Positions 57,675-64,000 of a DNA stretch of 64,000 nucleotides are shown in pieces. Source of the DNA: Candidatus Poribacteria bacterium (lineage in GTDB: Bacteria; Poribacteria; WGA-4E; WGA-3G); contig OZ242029.1 in assembly GCA_965205015.1 (NCBI GenBank), positions 1,920,001 through 1,984,000 on the forward strand. The letters are read 5' to 3'. The first letter of the stretch is position 1. The number at the start of each line of letters is the position of its first letter. The notes beneath the pieces were generated by a model, which saw only the letters and a program-made list of their open reading frames with translations, searched no databases and had not been told where the DNA came from. The position numbers and the translations under genes are program-made.

Positions 57675-60050
57675 ATGAACAACGAACAGGCAAATACAAA
57701 TGCGTCCACTGTTGATGTGGATGAGGAAAAACATCCGACTGAAGGTTCAGTTGATATGAATCAGGAAGTAGCCAGCGAGACAGAGACTTCAGAAGTTGCA
57801 GAAGCCGCTTCTGCAACCAACGCAGACACTCAGGAGCATGAAGAAGCCACGGACAGTGAAGTGGAAATGAGTGCTGACGACGCTGATACGGATGAAAGTG
57901 CACCCGAAGAGGCGGTAGAAGTGGCTGATAGCGATGCTGATTCCGAACAAACTGACGACGCCGTCCCCGAAGAGGTGATAGAAGTGGCTGATAGCGATGC
58001 TGAAGAAGCAGTCGTAGCCGCCGATGAAACCATACCTGAAGCGGTAGGAGAAGTAGTCGCTGCGGATGCGGATACTGAAGCCCTCGCCTCTGAAGAGGGA
58101 GCGATGGAGGCAGCACCCGAAGAATCAGCCGAACCAATGAGTCCGGAATCTCTCGAAGAAGCGTATGATAATTCGATCAAAGCGTTTACAGATGGCGAAA
58201 TTGTTAAGGGGATCGTCGTAGATGTCAATCGCGATGAAGTCATGATTGACATCGGCTTTAAGTCCGAAGGTTATATCCCAGCATCTGAATTCGATGCTGG
58301 ACAGGACGATTTGCCCACTGTTCAAGTGGGCGATGAGATTGATGTTTATATTGTACGGCGCGAAGACTCCGAAGGACAGATAGTCCTTTCGAAAAAAATC
58401 GCCGATCAAACACTCATTTGGGATGAAATTGCGACCGCGTACGAAGCAGGTACACCCGTCATGGGGCGTATCATCGAACGGATTAAGGGAGGACTACGAG
58501 TCAGCGTTGGGTCTCTCCGAGGTTTTTTACCGGCTTCGCAAGTTGAATTGCGCCCTATCCAGAACCTTGAACAGTATGTAGGACAAACCCTTGAAATGAA
58601 GGTTATCAGCCTGAGTAAGCGGCGGCATAACATTGTTCTGTCGCGGCGGGCTTGGTTGGAAGCCGAACTCGTCCAAAAACGCTCAGAAGTGCTCAGCACG
58701 CTTGAAGTGGGTCAACAGGTGAAAGGCGTGGTAAAAAATATCACCGCTTTTGGAGCTTTTGTTGACTTGGGGGGCGTTGATGGATTACTTCACAAGACAG
58801 ATATGGCATGGAAACGGATACATCATCCCTCTGATGTCGTTTCTGTTGGAGAAGAAATCGCAGTCCAGGTCATCGGTATCAACCAAGAAAATGAGAAAAT
58901 TTCCTTGGGCTTGAAGCAGAAAACTCCCGATCCATGGACAAACATTGAGGAAAAATATCCCGTGGGTTCTACGGTTCGAGGGGTTGTGGTTAATATTGTC
59001 AATTATGGCGCATTTCTACAACTCGAAGAGGGGGTTGAAGGCTTAATTCATGTCTCTGAGATGGCATGGACCCGCCGGAACGTTGCCCCATCAAGAATCG
59101 TCAATAAGGGTGATGAAATTGAAGCCATTGTGCTTGAAATCTCACGGGAGGACAAGCGTATTTCACTTGGGCTCAAACAGTTACAACAGAACCCTTGGGA
59201 ACTTTTGGAAGAGAGATCCCCTGTTGGCAGCAAGATCACCGGACGTATCCGAAATTTAACGAGTTTTGGGGCGTTTGTTGAAATCGAACCGGGAATTGAC
59301 GGTTTAATCCATACCTCAGATCTCTCGTGGACGAAACGGGGGGCTGCAGCCAATGACGAACTTAAGGAAGGCAGTGAAATTGAGGTAGTCGTATTACAGA
59401 TTGACGCCGCTGAACGTAGAGTTTCATTGGGACTCAAGCAGACACAGCCTGATCCATGGGCAGAAGTACCCGAAAAGTACAAGGTCGGTTCTGTTGTCCG
59501 GGGCAAAATTGTCAATCTTACGAGCTTTGGAGCGTTCACCAAGCTTGAGGAGGGGATTGAAGGCTTAATTCACATTTCTGAACTGGCAGACCGACGGATT
59601 GAAAAACCAGAAGAAGTGGTGTCGGTAGGCGATGAGTTAGATTTGAAGGTGATTAATCTGATTCCAAAAGACCGACGGATTGGGTTGAGTTTGAAAGCAC
59701 TCCTGGCAGAGCAAGAACGCGCTGTGGCAACTGAAGAAGAACAGCCAGCGAGAACGCGATCCGAGCGACCCCCTCGATCACGGCGAGAACGGGAATCGCG
59801 ACGGCAAATCCCGGCACGCGAAGAGACTGTGACCACATTGGGCGCATTGCTCAAGGAGGAAATGGGTAAGTCGAACGCGGAGAGTCCTGAAAGCGTCCAG
59901 AACGTTGAGAGTGTGGAGAATTCTGAGAACGTTGAGAGCATCGAAACCGTTGAAAATGTAGAAGATGCTGAGAGCGTCGAGAACACCGAAACCGTTGAGA
60001 GTGTGGAGGGTTCTGAGGACATTGAGGAGACGAAGAACTCTGAGAATTAA
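57675..60050 (+). CDS. rpsA: 30S ribosomal protein S1 with long acidic N- and C-terminal extensions
   Basis: DIGFKSEG, GFLPASQ, repeated FGAFV...GLIH.S S1 domains. Confidence 0.95.
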   Translation: MNNEQANTNASTVDVDEEKHPTEGSVDMNQEVASETETSEVAEAASATNADTQEHEEATDSEVEMSADDADTDESAPEEAVEVADSDADSEQTDDAVPEEVIEVADSDAEEAVVAADETIPEAVGEVVAADADTEALASEEGAMEAAPEESAEPMSPESLEEAYDNSIKAFTDGEIVKGIVVDVNRDEVMIDIGFKSEGYIPASEFDAGQDDLPTVQVGDEIDVYIVRREDSEGQIVLSKKIADQTLIWDEIATAYEAGTPVMGRIIERIKGGLRVSVGSLRGFLPASQVELRPIQNLEQYVGQTLEMKVISLSKRRHNIVLSRRAWLEAELVQKRSEVLSTLEVGQQVKGVVKNITAFGAFVDLGGVDGLLHKTDMAWKRIHHPSDVVSVGEEIAVQVIGINQENEKISLGLKQKTPDPWTNIEEKYPVGSTVRGVVVNIVNYGAFLQLEEGVEGLIHVSEMAWTRRNVAPSRIVNKGDEIEAIVLEISREDKRISLGLKQLQQNPWELLEERSPVGSKITGRIRNLTSFGAFVEIEPGIDGLIHTSDLSWTKRGAAANDELKEGSEIEVVVLQIDAAERRVSLGLKQTQPDPWAEVPEKYKVGSVVRGKIVNLTSFGAFTKLEEGIEGLIHISELADRRIEKPEEVVSVGDELDLKVINLIPKDRRIGLSLKALLAEQERAVATEEEQPARTRSERPPRSRRERESRRQIPAREETVTTLGALLKEEMGKSNAESPESVQNVESVENSENVESIETVENVEDAESVENTETVESVEGSEDIEETKNSEN
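59880..60047 (+). repeat. Degenerate 9/18-nt repeats encoding ENVESVE-like units at the S1 C-terminus
   Basis: GAACGTTGAGAG / GAAACCGTTGA recurrences. Confidence 0.7.
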
Positions 60051-60306
60051 TGTTTTTCGTATCCTTATCCCACATTAAATCCAAACTTTCGGAGCAGAGG
60101 CGAAAATATGAAGCGGAAAGGCCCGCTACCGCGTGTGTCTACATTTTTTAAATGTAGAGGCGGGTTTTCGCGCGTCCATTTTCGTTATGGCACTTGCATG
60201 GGTGGGCAGATTGCCCACCCGCCCTCTCTGATACAAAAGGTTTGGCGAGGCACAAAGCCCTTGCTCCACAAGGCGGAGCGAGAATAGACACGTAGACTTA
60301 GGAGAC

Positions 60307-61437
60307 GTGGAATTGAGCAAAAATTTTCTGTTTACGTCCGAATCCGTCACTGAAGGACACCCGGACAAAATCGCGGACCAGATTTCTGACGCCGTACTTG
60401 ATACCATTTTCACAACCGATCCCGTGGCGAGAGTCGCTTGTGAAACCTTGGTCACAACTGGACTTGCCGTCATTACTGGTGAAATCACAACTACAGCAAA
60501 CTACGATGCACAACAAATCGCACGAAAAGTACTAACGGATATCGGTTATACCGATATTGAATACGGCTTTGATGCCGAACGAAGTGCCGTATTGAGCATC
60601 ATTGATAAGCAATCACCTGATATAGCAATGGGCGTAAACCCTGGCGGTGCAGGCGATCAAGGATTAATGTTTGGATACGCATGTACCGAAACACCAGAAT
60701 TGATGCCACTACCGATTATGCTCGCCCATCAATTAACCCAGCGTTTGGCTAAAGTTCGCAAAGATCGTACCCTCCCTTTTATCCGTCCCGATGGAAAATC
60801 TCAAGTAACAGTAGAATATGTTGACAGTAAACCTAAGGCTGTCACTACAGTTGTCATTTCTGCCCAACACGATCCTGACGTTGCGGATAGCGAACTCCGT
60901 GAAGCAATTATTGAAGAGGTTATCAAAGAAATTCTCCCTGAAAATCTCCAAAGTCCAGATATTAAATATCATATCAATCCAACCGGACGTTTTGTGACTG
61001 GAGGTCCCCAAGGGGATGCCGGATTAACCGGACGAAAAATTATTGTTGATACATACGGAGGGATGGGACGGCATGGCGGAGGCGCACTTTCTGGCAAAGA
61101 TCCAACCAAAGTAGATCGGAGTGCGGCTTACGCTGCACGACACGTTGCGAAGAACCTTGTCGCCGCTGGCCTCGCAGAACGGTGCGAAATTCAAATCGCT
61201 TACGCAATCGGTAGAAAAGACCCTATCTCTGTCATGGTGGATACGTTTGGTACTGGCGATGCAGAGGCTCTCACGAAACTTGTCAACGCACACTTCGATT
61301 TAACACCGGCGGGCATCATAGAACGATTGAAATTACGCCAGCCTATTTATCAAAATACTGCCGCATATGGACATTTTGGACGTGAAGAACCCGGTTTCAC
61401 TTGGGAAGAAACTGACTACGTCGAAAAACTCCGATAG
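60307..61437 (+). CDS. metK: S-adenosylmethionine synthetase (start may be TTG 60313)
   Basis: [33 protein letters not shown]. Confidence 0.97.
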   Translation: MELSKNFLFTSESVTEGHPDKIADQISDAVLDTIFTTDPVARVACETLVTTGLAVITGEITTTANYDAQQIARKVLTDIGYTDIEYGFDAERSAVLSIIDKQSPDIAMGVNPGGAGDQGLMFGYACTETPELMPLPIMLAHQLTQRLAKVRKDRTLPFIRPDGKSQVTVEYVDSKPKAVTTVVISAQHDPDVADSELREAIIEEVIKEILPENLQSPDIKYHINPTGRFVTGGPQGDAGLTGRKIIVDTYGGMGRHGGGALSGKDPTKVDRSAAYAARHVAKNLVAAGLAERCEIQIAYAIGRKDPISVMVDTFGTGDAEALTKLVNAHFDLTPAGIIERLKLRQPIYQNTAAYGHFGREEPGFTWEETDYVEKLR

Positions 61438-61477
61438 ATTGGAAAAATAGAAATACCCATAGACAAAAAGGATAATA

Positions 61478-62740
61478 ATGAACTACGATATAAAGACAAC
61501 GGAACTCGCATCGGCTGGTAAACAACGCATCGACTGGGCAAACCGATTCATGCCCGTTTTGGATTCTATCCGCGACCGGTTTGAAAGTGAGCGTCCGTTG
61601 GAAGGATTGAGAGTTGCAGCGTGTCTACATGTCACAACGGAAACAGCCAACTTGATGAAAACACTGAAGGCTGGTGGAGCCGAGGCGGTTGTCTGTGCAT
61701 CAAATCCGCTCAGTACACAGGACGACGTCGCCGCATCTCTCGTTGTCGACGAGGAGATAGGCGTTTTTGCTATTGACGGAGAGGATATAGAAACCTTTTA
61801 CAAACACATTGATGCCGCTCTTGAGACGCGACCAGCGGTCACCATGGACGATGGGGCGGATCTCGTCTCAAGACTCCATTCTGAAGAGACAAATCCAGCT
61901 TTAGTCGAGCAGATCGTTGCAGGCACCGAAGAGACAACAACGGGGGTCATCCGGCTCAAAAGCATGGCAGCTGAAGGCGTACTGAAGTATCCGATTATCG
62001 CCGTAAATGACGCACAGACGAAGCATTTTTTCGATAATCGATACGGAACTGGACAAAGCACACTCGACGGTATTATCAGAGCAACAAATCTGCTAATTGC
62101 CGGAACAACGGTCGTCGTTGCAGGCTACGGATGGTGCGGTAGAGGTGTCGCGAACCGCGCACGCGGTTTGGGGGCAAACGTTATCGTAACCGAGGTTACC
62201 GCTTTGAGAGCATTGGAAGCTGTCATGGATGGATTTCGTGTAATGCCGATGCAGAAAGCGGTTCAGGAAGCGGATCTGCTTGTAACGCTCACGGGGGATA
62301 TTCATGTCTTACGTAAGGAACATTTTGAAGCGATGAAGGATGGCGCAATTATCGCGAATTCTGGGCATTTCGATGTTGAGATTGACATTCCCGCACTTGA
62401 AGAATTGAGTGTTGATAAAGGAAGCGCGCGTCCCTATGTAGAGGTCTACACCCTCGAAGATGGCAGGAAACTCTATCTTGTTGGCGAAGGCAGATTGGTA
62501 AATCTCGCTGCTGCTGAAGGGCATCCGGCGAGTGTCATGGACATGAGTTTCGCGAACCAAGCGTTGTGTCTTGAGTACATCGCCCAAAATCAGGATAATT
62601 TTGAGAATCGTGTATATGATGTCCCTGAATCTATAGATGAAACCGTAGCACAACTCAAGTTGGAAGCCTTCGGTGTTGAGATTGATACACTCACGGCGGA
62701 ACAGGAAAAATACCTCAACTCGTGGGAAATGGGAACTTAG
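61478..62740 (+). CDS. ahcY: Adenosylhomocysteinase
   Basis: [37 protein letters not shown]. Confidence 0.97.
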   Translation: MNYDIKTTELASAGKQRIDWANRFMPVLDSIRDRFESERPLEGLRVAACLHVTTETANLMKTLKAGGAEAVVCASNPLSTQDDVAASLVVDEEIGVFAIDGEDIETFYKHIDAALETRPAVTMDDGADLVSRLHSEETNPALVEQIVAGTEETTTGVIRLKSMAAEGVLKYPIIAVNDAQTKHFFDNRYGTGQSTLDGIIRATNLLIAGTTVVVAGYGWCGRGVANRARGLGANVIVTEVTALRALEAVMDGFRVMPMQKAVQEADLLVTLTGDIHVLRKEHFEAMKDGAIIANSGHFDVEIDIPALEELSVDKGSARPYVEVYTLEDGRKLYLVGEGRLVNLAAAEGHPASVMDMSFANQALCLEYIAQNQDNFENRVYDVPESIDETVAQLKLEAFGVEIDTLTAEQEKYLNSWEMGT

Positions 62741-62850
62741 TGCCGTTTTTTTTACATGAGTTCCGTAAAGGGACTTCGTAGCATAAACTGTTAGTTTGTG
62801 CTATCCCCCGTGCAAACTAAAGCACAGATACTCTCTTTGTGAGGGCACCT

Positions 62851-63081
62851 ATGAAAAAATCAGAAATCTTGGAGGGAGTGATATTACTCGTGTCGGCGGT
62901 GCTACTGTTACCGATCTGGATGGCATCCTCTCAACAGATGCAACTTCCACCGACCTTGCTAAAGGTCTTAAGTTTCTTGCAGTATCCAGTCATCATTGTG
63001 CTGGGTGTTATTTTCATTCGCCGACTGCGCCGGGTTATCCGCGCGCTACGCGAAAACAAAAATAGACCCGGACCTTTTTAA
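62851..63081 (+). CDS. Small 2-TM membrane protein
   Basis: Two hydrophobic helices and a basic tail. Confidence 0.65.
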   Translation: MKKSEILEGVILLVSAVLLLPIWMASSQQMQLPPTLLKVLSFLQYPVIIVLGVIFIRRLRRVIRALRENKNRPGPF

Positions 63082-63169
63082 GAAAAACGAACGTGCAGCG
63101 ATGGGCGCGATTTAGAGACCAGCGTGCCTGCAAAACGCGCCTTTACGTAGAAGGGGATGAGAATTTAGA

Positions 63170-64000
63170 ATGGGAATCTTAGTCGTTGGCACAGTCACCT
63201 TAGATACCGTAGAAACACCCAGTAAACGCGTGGAGGATGTCCTGGGCGGTTCCGGGGTCTACGCTGCCGTCGCCGCGAGTTTTTTTGGGAACCCTGTTCG
63301 GCTTATTGGAGTCGTCGGTACTGATTTTCCGCACACGTACACAGATTTTCTCGGCACCCGAGGCATTGACCTTCAAGGGTTAAAACGGGTGGATAACGGC
63401 AGATCGTTCCGATGGGGTGGTCGTTACACCGACGACTTTAACGTGCGCGATACGCTTTTTACGGAATTGAATGTTGTGAGTGATTTTCAACCCGTGTTGC
63501 CTGAAACTTACAGAGAAACCCCCTACCTCTTTCTGGCAAATAATCCGCCAAGTTTACAATTGAGCATTATTGAGCAGGCAACCCAACCGAAACTGATTGT
63601 CTGTGACACGATGGATTTTTGGATTAACGAAGAGCGGGAGGCTTTAGAAACACTCTTAGCTCGGGTGGATATCCTTATCCTCAACGATAGTGAGGCACTT
63701 TTATTGACAGGTGATTCTAATTTGATGCGAGCCGCACAGATAATCCTACGTTATGGTCCAAAGCGGGTTATCATTAAGAAAGGGGAGCACGGGGCAATCA
63801 GTGTGACGGAATCATCTTTCTTTAGTGTGCCGGCATATCCGCTCACACAGGTGGTTGATCCGACCGGGGCTGGTGATAGTTTCGCTGGGGGTATGATGGG
63901 TTATCTCGCATCTATCAAAGACACGTCCGAAAAAGCAATACGCAGCGCAATGGTGTATGGGACAATTATCGCGTCTTTTAACATTGAAGACTTCAGTATC
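63170..64000 (+). CDS. PfkB/ribokinase family kinase (partial, runs off the window)
   Basis: MGILVVGTVTLDTVETP..LGGSG, IIKKGEHG, DPTGAGDSFAGG. Confidence 0.9.
   Translation, partial: MGILVVGTVTLDTVETPSKRVEDVLGGSGVYAAVAASFFGNPVRLIGVVGTDFPHTYTDFLGTRGIDLQGLKRVDNGRSFRWGGRYTDDFNVRDTLFTELNVVSDFQPVLPETYRETPYLFLANNPPSLQLSIIEQATQPKLIVCDTMDFWINEEREALETLLARVDILILNDSEALLLTGDSNLMRAAQIILRYGPKRVIIKKGEHGAISVTESSFFSVPAYPLTQVVDPTGAGDSFAGGMMGYLASIKDTSEKAIRSAMVYGTIIASFNIEDFSI

Noticed and set aside
57830-60022. Long antisense Ser/Thr-rich ORFs here and similar shadow ORFs across the window
   Set aside because: They lie opposite well-supported genes and reflect codon bias
60051-60306. SAM riboswitch upstream of metK
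   Set aside because: No SAM-I or SAM-II consensus recognised; only REP-like palindromes
1-64000. CRISPR array, tRNA, rRNA, prophage or retroelement
   Set aside because: No regularly spaced repeats, RNA gene signatures, phage genes or reverse transcriptase seen by eye

Overview
Bacterial chromosomal window, probably Candidatus Poribacteria or a relative. This is an inference from the many PD40/TolB-like and LamG proteins ending in a TT(L/M/T)WG motif, an ECF-propeller fusion, FGE/CRTAC1 genes and short GTAG-led palindromes. Housekeeping genes (infC-rpmI-rplT, pheS, rlmB, radC, rpsA, metK-ahcY-PfkB kinase, folE, iolC/iolD, eda) are mixed with accessory clusters: TPR-TlpA redoxins, ankyrin/tandem Rieske/WD40/HhH/MORN-Zn-ribbon genes, a pterin operon and a STAS/RsbW/PP2C partner-switching locus. 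Main signals: (1) three IS200/IS605 OMEGA-type relics. One is a frameshifted tnpB element that splits a TlpA gene. One is a 449-bp nuclease-less IscB/HEARO-type omegaRNA element inserted exactly in front of the rpsA ATG. One is an orphan TnpB omegaRNA/right end. (2) An in-frame TGA inside a DUF4159-like gene, followed by hairpins including a copy of the fdhF SECIS apical stem-loop. (3) A sulfurtransferase-PTPS-II-folE-SDR (biopterin-type) operon. (4) A membrane-tethered ECF sigma-propeller next to a secreted copy of its own sensor domain. (5) A recurring CCGCAAGG-A-rich-ATG leader motif. No CRISPR array, rRNA or tRNA was recognised. All family assignments are by-eye motif recognition, not database searches.
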